DNA of 64,000 nt from positions 244,659-308,658 of the forward strand of contig NZ_CBDATK010000007.1 in NCBI RefSeq assembly GCF_965200135.1, in the 5' to 3' direction. The stretch comes from Sphingomonas sp. (GTDB lineage Bacteria > Pseudomonadota > Alphaproteobacteria > Sphingomonadales > Sphingomonadaceae). How positions within the stretch are numbered: the first letter of the stretch is position 1; each line of letters starts with the position of its first letter. Under the pieces are notes generated by a model, which was not told where the DNA came from, made no database searches, and worked only from the letters and a program-made list of their open reading frames with translations. Both the position numbers and the translations under genes were made by a program. Shown here one piece after another: positions 31,014-43,894 of this stretch.

Positions 31014-31878
31014 GGCCAGCGCCGGCGAGGATGCCGCCCACCGCCGCCGCCCGCCGCCACGTCACCGACTCGCCCAGGAAGGCCACCGACAGGATCAGCG
31101 CGGTCACCATCCCGGTCTCGCGCAAGGCGGCGAGCGGCGCGGTCGGCCCGAGCGACAGCGCCCACAAGGCCAGCCCATAGGTGACGACCGACAGCGTCCC
31201 CGCCGCCGCACCGGGCCGCCATTGCGCGCGCAGGTCGGCGAACAGCCGCCCGCGCGTCAGCCCTGCGAACATCGCGATGCTGATCGCGCCGATCAGCACG
31301 AAGTCCCAGGCGATGTAGCTCGCCGGCGACGGCGCCGCGCGCACGCCGTGCGCGTCCGCGACGGTGTAGAGCGCGGTCATCGCGCCCGTCGTCAGCGCCC
31401 AGCCCAGCGCCTTCGCATCGAGGTGCCGGCCCAGCACCAGTGTCAGGATCGCCGCGCCGATCATCGCGATCCCCGCCAAATCGGCGATCGCGACCCGCTC
31501 GCCGAACAGCCCGACGCTGATCGCCGCCGTCAACAGCGGCGCGCTCCCCCGCATCACCGGATAGGCGGCGCTGAGGTCGGCGACGGCATAGGTGCGGATC
31601 ATCGCGTAGAGGTAGACGAGGTGAACGGCGGCGCTGATCGCCAGCCAGCCGATCGCGCCGCTCGGCCATGCCACCAACAACGTCGCGGGCAGCAACAGCA
31701 GCGCGCTCGCCCCATCGGTGCTGCCGCGCGCGACCATGCGCGCGTGCAGCGGGTCGCTGGCCTGTGCCTTGGGGCCCTTCACGATCGCGTTGACGACCGC
31801 GTGGATCGCGCCGGACGCGACCATCATCGCGGCGGGGAGGATGAAGGGCGTCACGCCGGGTCGCGCGCGCGGCGCCAT
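30997..31878 (-). CDS. EamA/DMT family transporter
   Basis: Internal Met of the artefactual 30997..32562 ORF. About 10 hydrophobic helices in two EamA-like halves. Start could be 31827. Confidence 0.7.
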   Translation of the reverse strand: MAPRARPGVTPFILPAAMMVASGAIHAVVNAIVKGPKAQASDPLHARMVARGSTDGASALLLLPATLLVAWPSGAIGWLAISAAVHLVYLYAMIRTYAVADLSAAYPVMRGSAPLLTAAISVGLFGERVAIADLAGIAMIGAAILTLVLGRHLDAKALGWALTTGAMTALYTVADAHGVRAAPSPASYIAWDFVLIGAISIAMFAGLTRGRLFADLRAQWRPGAAAGTLSVVTYGLALWALSLGPTAPLAALRETGMVTALILSVAFLGESVTWRRAAAVGGILAGAGLILLG

Positions 31879-32696
31879 AGATCGCCCATCGCCAGATCGA
31901 GCGACGGCGGGATCACGGGCATCAGGCCCGATCCCGGATAGACGGTGAATTCGCCGAACCGCGGCTGGCCGGCGACTTCGTAGAGATCGACGCGCAGGAA
32001 GTCGTATCCCGCCGCCAGCGCCTCCGCCCCGGCGATCATGCGATCGAGCGACACGGGACGCGAGGGATCGCGATCGCCCGTCGCCGGCGAGGCCCGGCGC
32101 CACCGTCGGTCCATGACGATCCAACGGTGGCGGGTGGCGCGATCCAGGTGGACCTGCACGAACGCGACGCGGCCGCCGAAGACGAACAGCTTGTAGTCGA
32201 CCGGCAATGTCGGGCCGTCGCCGAGATAGGGTTCGACCAGCAGACCGCGCGGCACGCCCGCATAGGCCCATTCGTCGAGCCAGCGACCATAGCCGTGGCG
32301 GGTCCAGCGCGCGGCGCGGCGCCGCGCTTCGGTCCAGTCGCGCCGATCGCGCACGACCATGACCTGACCGCAGCCGTGCCGTGCCTTCAGAACGAACGGG
32401 AACGGCCAGGGCGGCGCGTCCGGCAGCGTCCGGCCATGCCACAGCGTCGGGGTCACCCAGTCGCCTCCCAGCCGACCGGCGACCAGCGACTTGGCGGCGA
32501 CCTTGTCCAGCAGGGCCGGCAGGCGCGGATCGCGGTCGCTCGCCTTGCGATGCATGACCCATTCGGTGAACAGCACCGGTCGGGCCAGCCGCAGGCGGCG
32601 GCGCAGGCGCCAGCCATAGGTCAGGTGAAGCCGCATCCGGGCGAGCAGACGCGGCGCGCGCCCTGCGGAACCGATACCGGAAAACGAGGTGCTCAC
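31851..32696 (-). CDS. ATP-grasp fold amidoligase family protein (TupA-like)
   Basis: FVLKARHGCGQV..., DYKLFVFGGRVAFVQVHLDR and FLRVDLY...GEFTVYPGSG blocks. Confidence 0.65.
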   Translation of the reverse strand: MSTSFSGIGSAGRAPRLLARMRLHLTYGWRLRRRLRLARPVLFTEWVMHRKASDRDPRLPALLDKVAAKSLVAGRLGGDWVTPTLWHGRTLPDAPPWPFPFVLKARHGCGQVMVVRDRRDWTEARRRAARWTRHGYGRWLDEWAYAGVPRGLLVEPYLGDGPTLPVDYKLFVFGGRVAFVQVHLDRATRHRWIVMDRRWRRASPATGDRDPSRPVSLDRMIAGAEALAAGYDFLRVDLYEVAGQPRFGEFTVYPGSGLMPVIPPSLDLAMGDLWRRARDPA

Positions 32697-32745
32697 CGGA
32701 TGCCGATAGGGCGGTCGACCCGCCGGAGGACAGCGGTTTGTGCGG

Positions 32746-34353
32746 TCAGGTCATCAGCCGCTTGAGCGTGTCGATCCGGTCCGCCTCCGCCGCCGGCTTG
32801 TCGGTCCTGATCCGGGCGATGCGGGGGAAGCGCATGGCGACGCCGCTCTTGTGGCGGCCGGAGGCGTGGATCGAGTCGAACGCGATCTCCAGCACCATCG
32901 TCTTCTCGACCTCGCGCACCGGGCCGAAGCGGTTCAGTGTGTGGGTGCGTACAAAGCGGTCGAGTTCGGCGATCTCCTGATCGGTGATCCCCTGGTACGC
33001 CTTGCCGACCGGCAACAGCTCGCCCTCCTCGGTCCAGCAGCCGAAGGTGTAATCGGAATACCAGCTCGACCGGCGGCCGTTGCCGCGCTGCGCGTACATC
33101 ATCACGCAGTCGGCGGTCAGCGGATCGCGCTTCCATTTATACCACAGCCCGGCACGGCGACCCTGGACGTACGGGCTGTCGCGTCGCTTGAGCATCATGC
33201 CCTCGATCGCGGCGTCGCGGGCACCCGCGCGGACCGCCTCGAGCGTGGTGAAGTCCTCCGCCTCGACGACCTGCGACAGGTCGAAGCGGTCGGGGTCTAG
33301 GCCGGTGACGAACCGCTCCAATCGCGCGCGTCGCTGCGTCCACGGCAACGCGCGGACATCCTCGGTGCCGTCGATCAGGATGTCGTAGAGCCGGACGAAG
33401 GCCGGATAGTCGGCCAGCATCTTCGCCGACACGACCTTGCGCCCGAGCCGCTGTTGCAGCGCGTTGAAGCTCGCCGCGCCACCGCCGTCGTCCAGCGCCC
33501 CGCCCTGGAACTCGCCCTTCACCAGCAGCTCGCCGTCGACCACACCCGGTTCCGCAAACGCGCTCGCGACATCGGGGAAGCTGCCGGTCACGTCGTCGCC
33601 GGTGCGGCTGTAGAGGCGAGTCTGCCCGGCCCCCTCCTTGTCGACGACATGGACGATCTGGACGCGGATGCCGTCCCACTTCCATTCGGCGACATAGTCG
33701 TCGAGCGACACGCGCGCGTCCTCCAGCGGGTGGGCGAGCATGAACGGACGGAACACGGGCACATCGGCGGCGGTCGGCTGCGCGCCGGTGCCCTGGCCCC
33801 AGGCGAACAGCTCCGGGTACGGCGCGTCGATGCCGTGCCACACCTCCTCCACCGCCTCGAGCTCCAGCCCGAAGGCTTGCGCGAAGGCGGTCTTGGCGAG
33901 GCGGGCGGACGCGCCGACGCGCATCGCGCCGGTCGCCATCTTGAGCAGCGCGAACCGCTCCTCCGCGTCGAGCCGGTCGAGCATCCCGGCGAGCACCGCC
34001 GGCGCGTCCGAGCGCGACAGGTGCTTCAGCCGGTCCACCGCCTCGGTGATCGACAGCGGCGCCGGATCGACCGGAGCCGTAGGCGCTGGCCAGAGCAGCG
34101 CCACGCACTCCGCGGTGTCGCCGACATAGTCGCGGCTCATCCGGAACAGCACGGGGTGGACGCGGCTCTCGATCAGCGCGCGGATCAGCGCCGGCTTGAC
34201 CGCGGGCAGGTCCAGCTCCTCGGTCAGCGCCGCCATCGCCCAGCCCCGGTCGGGATCGGGTGTCGCCTGCAGGTAATCGGCGATCAGCTTCAGCTTGCCG
34301 TTACGCCCGCGCGTATAGATCAGACTGTCCAGGAGCGCGGCGAAGGTGTGCAT
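32746..34353 (-). CDS. ATP-dependent DNA ligase (ligase-associated/cisplatin damage response type)
   Basis: Internal ATG (MHTFAALLDSLIYTRGRNGKL). Adenylation motif I is EWKWDGIRVQ, and the protein has an OB-fold C-terminus. Confidence 0.85.
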   Translation of the reverse strand: MHTFAALLDSLIYTRGRNGKLKLIADYLQATPDPDRGWAMAALTEELDLPAVKPALIRALIESRVHPVLFRMSRDYVGDTAECVALLWPAPTAPVDPAPLSITEAVDRLKHLSRSDAPAVLAGMLDRLDAEERFALLKMATGAMRVGASARLAKTAFAQAFGLELEAVEEVWHGIDAPYPELFAWGQGTGAQPTAADVPVFRPFMLAHPLEDARVSLDDYVAEWKWDGIRVQIVHVVDKEGAGQTRLYSRTGDDVTGSFPDVASAFAEPGVVDGELLVKGEFQGGALDDGGGAASFNALQQRLGRKVVSAKMLADYPAFVRLYDILIDGTEDVRALPWTQRRARLERFVTGLDPDRFDLSQVVEAEDFTTLEAVRAGARDAAIEGMMLKRRDSPYVQGRRAGLWYKWKRDPLTADCVMMYAQRGNGRRSSWYSDYTFGCWTEEGELLPVGKAYQGITDQEIAELDRFVRTHTLNRFGPVREVEKTMVLEIAFDSIHASGRHKSGVAMRFPRIARIRTDKPAAEADRIDTLKRLMT

Positions 34354-34509
34354 CCGCGGGTAACGCGTCGGCAGCGGGTTCCGTTTCGGCCGCGTGCGGT
34401 ATGCAGCAACGATGGCGCGGCGATCCTCATCCGGCAGGGTCGAGCGTGACGGGCGATCTGGCGGGCCGAGAGATTGCGTCTCGCCCGCCGATCGGGGCAG
34501 GAGTGTCGC

Positions 34510-35367
34510 ATGGAGCAGCGCTTGCGAAAGAGACGTAAATTCGGCCGGGTGGTGCTGGTGCTCGCGCTCATCGTCGGCGTCGTGGCGCTGGTCGGTTACC
34601 GCAACGCTCGCGCCGACCCGGTGGTGCCGCGGCTGACGGTGCGGCTGCCCGGCTGGCCCGCCGGCGCGGCCCCGGTCACCGTCGCGCTGCTGTCGGACAT
34701 CCATATCGGCAGCCCGGCGACCGACGAGGATCGCCTGACGCGCGTCGTGGCGCAGGTAAACGCGCTGCGGCCCGATCTGGTGGTGATCGCCGGTGACTTC
34801 GTGGCGGGGCACGATCCGGTGAAGGGGCGTGACTATGCGGCGCGGCTGACGCGACCGCTGGCCGGACTGCACGCACGGCTGGGCGTGGTGGCGGTGCTGG
34901 GCAATCACGATCACTGGACCGCGCCGGTCGAGGTACGGCGCGCGCTGGAGCGGGCCGGGATCACCGTGCTGGCGAATCAGGCGACAGCGCGCGGGCCGCT
35001 GGCGGTGATCGGGATCGACGACGGCTTCTCGGGCCATGCCGACGTGGGCCGGGCGCTGGCGGCGGCGCGAGGAGTGCCCGGCGCGCGCGTCGTGCTGACG
35101 CATACGCCCGACACCACGAAGCAGCTGCCGCGCGGCGAGGCGGCGCTGTTGCTGGCCGGGCACACGCATTGCGGGCAGGCGGTGCTGCCGCTGGTCGGGT
35201 CGCTGGCGCTGCATCGCTATGGCGAAGCGCTCTACGACCCGCGCTACGAGTGCGGCGCGGTGCGCGATCCGGGTCGGCTGGTGCTGGTCACCGGCGGCAT
35301 CGGCGCCAGCCTGCCGCTGCGCTACGGCGCGCCGCCGGACCTGTGGCTGCTGACGCTCGGTCCCTAG
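34510..35367 (+). CDS. metallophosphoesterase (YaeI-like), membrane anchored
   Basis: ATG preceded by AGGAG. Motifs LSDIHIG, AGDFV, LGNHDH and AGHTHCGQ. Confidence 0.8.
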   Translation: MEQRLRKRRKFGRVVLVLALIVGVVALVGYRNARADPVVPRLTVRLPGWPAGAAPVTVALLSDIHIGSPATDEDRLTRVVAQVNALRPDLVVIAGDFVAGHDPVKGRDYAARLTRPLAGLHARLGVVAVLGNHDHWTAPVEVRRALERAGITVLANQATARGPLAVIGIDDGFSGHADVGRALAAARGVPGARVVLTHTPDTTKQLPRGEAALLLAGHTHCGQAVLPLVGSLALHRYGEALYDPRYECGAVRDPGRLVLVTGGIGASLPLRYGAPPDLWLLTLGP

Positions 35368-35395
35368 CCGGCCCCTAGCCGGCCCCTAGCCGGCG
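35363..35395. repeat. three tandem copies of the 11-mer CCTAGCCGGCC
   Basis: CCTAGCCGGCC CCTAGCCGGCC CCTAGCCGGCG. The first CTAG gives the TAG stop of the plus-strand gene. The third gives the TAG stop of the minus-strand gene. Confidence 0.9.
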
Positions 35396-35697
35396 TCGTA
35401 GGCCGCCAGTTCATAGGCGATCGACGCTTCGACCAGCCGGTCCCACAGGTCGGCCAGCACCGCCTCCGGCAACCCCGCCGCCCGCGCCAGCGCGCGGACG
35501 TTGTCGATCACCTGCGCCTTGCGCGCTTCGTCGCGGACGGCGTCGCGGCTCGGTTTGATCCGCGCCGCCGCGTCCATATAGGCGAAACGACGGGCGAGCA
35601 GCGCCACCAGTTCCTGATCGACCTGGTCGACGCCGGCGCGGACCTCCGCCATCGTGGTGCAGTCGGGGCCGGCCAGGATCGCCGCGGGCGTCGTCAT
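35386..35697 (-). CDS. chorismate mutase (AroQ class, PchB-like size)
   Basis: 103 aa. MAEVRAGVDQVDQELVALLARRFAYMDAAARIK is typical of the AroQ helical bundle. Confidence 0.75.
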   Translation of the reverse strand: MTTPAAILAGPDCTTMAEVRAGVDQVDQELVALLARRFAYMDAAARIKPSRDAVRDEARKAQVIDNVRALARAAGLPEAVLADLWDRLVEASIAYELAAYDAG

Positions 35698-35744
35698 CCG
35701 CGCCGCTTAGCCGGTTGCGCGGCCAAGTCCATCACGGACCTTTA

Positions 35745-35875
35745 CGCTGTCCTACACCTCGCCGGCCGTGGCATCGACGCCGCCGCTCTTTGACCCGACC
35801 GGACGACCAAGCCGACGCCGTTTCCGGCGCCGATCGGACGCAGCGTTTTGGTGTAACCTTTGGTCACCTTTGGCC
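35745..35875. repeat. intergenic repeat element, copy B
   Basis: CGCTGTCCTACA ... TCGCCGGCCG ... GACGCAGCGTTTTGGTGTAACCTTTGGTCACCTTTGGCC. Matches copies at 14887-15033 and 15116-15147. Confidence 0.7.
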
Positions 35876-35907
35876 GGGTGCGGCTCTTTCGGACGAACCT
35901 CGGACGC

Positions 35908-36279
35908 TCAAAACAACCGGCCGCCGTTCGGCACCGGCTGGCCCGGCGCGATCAGTACGACTGCGCCCGCCGCATCGGGAAAGCCGAGCGTCAGCACCTC
36001 GGACAGAAACTTGCCGATCTGGCGCGGCGGGAAGTTGACCACGGCCGCGACCTGACGCCCGACCAGCGCCTCGGGTGTGTAATGCTCGGTCACCTGCGCC
36101 GACGAGCGCTTGACGCCGATCGTCGGGCCGAAGTCGATGCGGAGCTTGAGCGCCGGCTTGCGCGCCTCCGGAAAGGGCTCGGCGGCGACGACGGTGCCGA
36201 CGCGGATGTCGACCCGCAGGAAGTCGTCGAAGCCGATCGCCTCGGCCGCCGGCGCGGCGGGATCGGGAACCAGATGCAT
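35908..36279 (-). CDS. csaA: tRNA-binding protein (CsaA-like)
   Basis: Internal Met. FLRVDIRVGTVVAAEPFPEARKPALKLRIDFG...VAAVVNFPPRQIG is an OB-fold tRNA-binding domain. Confidence 0.8.
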   Translation of the reverse strand: MHLVPDPAAPAAEAIGFDDFLRVDIRVGTVVAAEPFPEARKPALKLRIDFGPTIGVKRSSAQVTEHYTPEALVGRQVAAVVNFPPRQIGKFLSEVLTLGFPDAAGAVVLIAPGQPVPNGGRLF

Positions 36280-36950
36280 CAGAAGTCCACATTGTCGTAA
36301 TGCTGCGGCGGCGCGACCATCTCCATCCGCTCGCTCAGCAGCGGGCGGAAACTGGGGCGGCTCTTCAGCCCGCGATACCAGCGCGCCGTCTGTTCGTGCC
36401 CCTTCCAGTCGATGCCGCCGAGATAGTCGGTGACCGAAATCTGCGCCGCCGCCGCCAGATCGGCGAGGCTCATCGTCGCCCCGCCCAGCCACTGGCGGTG
36501 ATCGAGCAGATAGTCGGTATAGTCGAGATGCTTGATCGCGCCCTTCATCGCCTCGCGCAGGTGCCGCGCCTCGGGCGCTTGCCCGTGCGCGACGCGCTTT
36601 TCCATCCGCTCGAACAGCAGCGGGCCGGTGACGTCGCGGAAGAAATCGGTGTCGAACCAGGTGACGAGGCGGCGAATTTCCGCGCGGTTGACGGCGGTGC
36701 CGTTGATCATCGCCGTCTTGTCGACGGTCTCCTCCAGATATTCGCAGATCGCCATCGAATCGATCAGGACGATGCCGCGCCCCGCATCGACCATCACCGG
36801 CGTCTGGCCGGCGGGGTTCATGTCGATGAACTCGTCGCGCCGCGCCCAGGGCGATTCGCGCACCAGCTCATAGCCGATGCCCTTCTCGCCGAGCAGCAGG
36901 CGCACCTTGCGGCTGAAGGGGCACAGGGGGAATTGGAAAAGCTGCCACAT
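36279..36950 (-). CDS. glutathione S-transferase family protein
   Basis: MWQLFQFPLCPFSRKVRLLLGEKGI is a thioredoxin-like N-domain, followed by a helical C-domain. Overlaps the csaA start by 1 nt. Confidence 0.75.
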   Translation of the reverse strand: MWQLFQFPLCPFSRKVRLLLGEKGIGYELVRESPWARRDEFIDMNPAGQTPVMVDAGRGIVLIDSMAICEYLEETVDKTAMINGTAVNRAEIRRLVTWFDTDFFRDVTGPLLFERMEKRVAHGQAPEARHLREAMKGAIKHLDYTDYLLDHRQWLGGATMSLADLAAAAQISVTDYLGGIDWKGHEQTARWYRGLKSRPSFRPLLSERMEMVAPPQHYDNVDF

Positions 36951-37045
36951 GGCATCGTCGTTAGGCCAGCGGACGAGGCGCGGGAAGCGGTTGCGCGGCC
37001 GAGCCGTCATTTCTAGAAAGAACGCGACTTTTCTGGAAAGAGCCG

Positions 37046-37300
37046 ATGGGCATCAGCATCAAGCATGACGAATATGAACGCGCGATCCGTCAGCTCGCGA
37101 CCGAACGCGGCCTGTCCCTGACCGACGCGATCGGCATCGCGGTTCGCAACGAGCTCAAACGGGAGGGCACGCCCGTGCGCTTCGAGTCCTACCTGCACCA
37201 GATCCGCGAGGCACAGACCATCATCGCGACGATGCCGGTGCTCGATCCGCGAACGCCCGACGAAATCCTCGGCTATGACGAGCACGGCCTGCCGACATGA
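37046..37300 (+). CDS. vapB: type II antitoxin, VapB-like
   Basis: 84 aa. Has a 4-nt overlap with the downstream PIN toxin gene. Confidence 0.6.
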   Translation: MGISIKHDEYERAIRQLATERGLSLTDAIGIAVRNELKREGTPVRFESYLHQIREAQTIIATMPVLDPRTPDEILGYDEHGLPT

Positions 37301-37695
37301 TCGCGCTGGATACGTCGGCGCTCGTCACGATCCTCGAACAGGAACCAGAGGCCGACCTGTATGCGGAAACGATGGCGGCTGCCGATCGGCTGTTGATCGG
37401 TATGCCGACGATCCTGGAACTGCGGCTGGTGATGACGGCGCGGGTCGGCGCCCTCACGGCGGAGAAAGCGATTGCCGCGCTGCTGGCCGACACGGTCGAG
37501 CAAATCGCTTTCGGCCGGCCGCACCTCATTGCCGCGACCGGCGCGCTTGATCGCTTCGGCAAGGGTCGCCACCGCGCCGCGCTCAACTTCGGGGACTGCA
37601 TGGCCTATGCGGTGGCGGCGGTCGCCGGGTGTCCGCTGCTCTACAAGGGCGATGACTTCGCCCAGACGGATATCATGTCGGCGCTAACCGCCTGA
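37297..37695 (+). CDS. vapC: type II toxin VapC (PIN domain ribonuclease)
   Basis: MIALDTSALV (first acidic residue), ...E..., NFGDCMAYAVA and YKGDDF, all typical of the PIN domain. Confidence 0.85.
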   Translation: MIALDTSALVTILEQEPEADLYAETMAAADRLLIGMPTILELRLVMTARVGALTAEKAIAALLADTVEQIAFGRPHLIAATGALDRFGKGRHRAALNFGDCMAYAVAAVAGCPLLYKGDDFAQTDIMSALTA

Positions 37696-37698
37696 CCC

Positions 37699-38145
37699 TC
37701 AATAGTCGGAACCGTCTCGATCCCCGCCCGCACCTAGCGCCGCGATCACCGGCGCAAGCGCGGCGTCGAGACGGTCGGCGGTGCGCTTCAACTCGCGCGC
37801 CTGCCTTGCGGCGCCGCCGGCCACCGCCGCAGCGGTGCCCATCGTGCGGCGCGTGCCCTGATAGAGGTGGTCGTCGAAGCGCGGGTCGTCGCGCCGCACG
37901 AGATCGCCCAGGGTGTCGGTAGCCCGCACCCGGTCGCGCGGATCGGTCAGCGCCGCCGCCGGCCCGACATGGGTGTCGAGCACGATCCCGACCAGCTGCG
38001 TCAGCGATCGTGCCGCCAGTTCCTGAACGGTCGGATCGCCGAGCGCGGCGACCGCCTGCTCGGGTGTCGGACGGTGGTGCTCGGCCGGTGCCGCGATGGC
38101 GGGAGCGGCGACGACAAGACCAAGGGCGGCAAAAGCGACGCGCAT
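37699..38145 (-). CDS. hypothetical secreted protein
   Basis: Internal Met with a signal peptide (MRVAFAALGLVVAAPAIAAPA). No motif recognised. Confidence 0.4.
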   Translation of the reverse strand: MRVAFAALGLVVAAPAIAAPAEHHRPTPEQAVAALGDPTVQELAARSLTQLVGIVLDTHVGPAAALTDPRDRVRATDTLGDLVRRDDPRFDDHLYQGTRRTMGTAAAVAGGAARQARELKRTADRLDAALAPVIAALGAGGDRDGSDY

Positions 38146-38281
38146 GGGGACCTCTCGAAAGCTGACTGGGATGCGGACGACTCCGCACCCGAACGCTTGC
38201 ATCATAGCAGCTTAACGGCAGCTGGCCAACGCACGCCGGTCGCGTGTGGCCTTCGCGCGGTCGCACCGTTAAAGCCAGGGG

Positions 38282-38614
38282 ATGAGCGACGGGTTCGAGA
38301 CGGTGGCGATCAGCTATAGCCAGCCGGAGGCGGCGGTGATGATGTCGTTCCTCGCCTGGCACGGCATCGACGCCTATGCGCTGAGCGAACACGCGCGCAC
38401 CGACATGGGGCTGGTGACGGCGCTGGGCGGCATCCCGGTGCGGGTGCACTGGACGCTGATCGATGAGGCCCGCGCGCTGCTGGCCGACGTGACGCCACCG
38501 ACGCCGTGGACGCCGCCCCCGCCACGCCGCGGCCTTTGGTTCAAGGTGAAGGCGGTAGGCTGCTTCCTGCTCGGGTCGCCGCCGCCACCCCCCGTCAGGG
38601 CCGAGCTGCGCTAA
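38282..38614 (+). CDS. hypothetical protein (possibly DUF2007-like)
   Basis: 110 aa with a proline-rich tail. Only weak resemblance, so the domain assignment is tentative. Confidence 0.35.
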   Translation: MSDGFETVAISYSQPEAAVMMSFLAWHGIDAYALSEHARTDMGLVTALGGIPVRVHWTLIDEARALLADVTPPTPWTPPPPRRGLWFKVKAVGCFLLGSPPPPPVRAELR

Positions 38615-38616
38615 GG

Positions 38617-43124
<4,508 letters not shown>

Positions 43125-43128
<4 letters not shown>

Positions 43129-43595
43129 GTCAGCAGCCTCCGTTCGGCGATCCGCGCGCGCAGATTGGCGTAGGCAGCGACCAGCAAGCCGCTTGCTACC
43201 CAGGTCTGGTTGACGCGATCGACCTGTTCGCCCTCGTCGGTCGGGTATTCGTGGACCAGCCTGTTGCGCAGCTCCGATGCGCCGATCCAGTCGTCCGCGT
43301 CGGCGAAAATGCCGAACTTCTCCAATTGATTGGCCTGATCGCGGCGCGTCATCGCACGCACGTCCTCCAGCTCCCAATCGAGATAGGCGCGGAACAGCCG
43401 GCCCAGCATGTCCTGAAGCTGCTCGTAGCGTTTCAGCAGCGCGACGCTAGCGATCCGCTCGATCACGGGGAGCCGCTCCAGCTCATCCTCCGTCGCCGGA
43501 AGCCGCGGCAGGAGAAATGGCCGCAGGTCGTCGAAGCCGCGTACGATCCGATCGCATCGTTCGACGGCGGCGCGGATCACGTCCTCCGTCGTCAT
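43125..43595 (-). CDS. HEPN-domain protein (DUF86/HepT-like toxin)
   Basis: 156 aa. The Rx4HxY motif is present in ELRNRLVHEYP. ATGA overlaps with both neighbouring genes. Confidence 0.65.
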
Positions 43596-43894
43596 GCGAT
43601 GACGATCGAGTCGGGCGCGATGAGCCGCGCGAACGCCGATAGCGGGCGCCCGCGTTCCACCAGCACGACATCGACCTTCTGTTCATCGATATGTCGGAAC
43701 AGCAAGTCCTTGAAAGCGCCCACACGACGCCATACGGGCTGATCGCTGACGTCGGCCTCGATCAACAGGTCGATATCCCCGCCGCGCAGGTCGTCGCGGG
43801 TGCGGCTTCCATATAGCCGGACCGTCGCCGTTGCGCCGAACACGTCGCACGTCGCCGTCTTGATCGCGTCGACGTCGCGCTGCTTCAGCCTCAC
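43592..43894 (-). CDS. nucleotidyltransferase-domain protein (MntA-like antitoxin)
   Basis: GTG start overlapping the gltD stop (GTGA). The minimal NTase motif is in LYGSRTRDDLRGGDIDLLIE. Confidence 0.65.
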   Translation of the reverse strand: MRLKQRDVDAIKTATCDVFGATATVRLYGSRTRDDLRGGDIDLLIEADVSDQPVWRRVGAFKDLLFRHIDEQKVDVVLVERGRPLSAFARLIAPDSIVIA

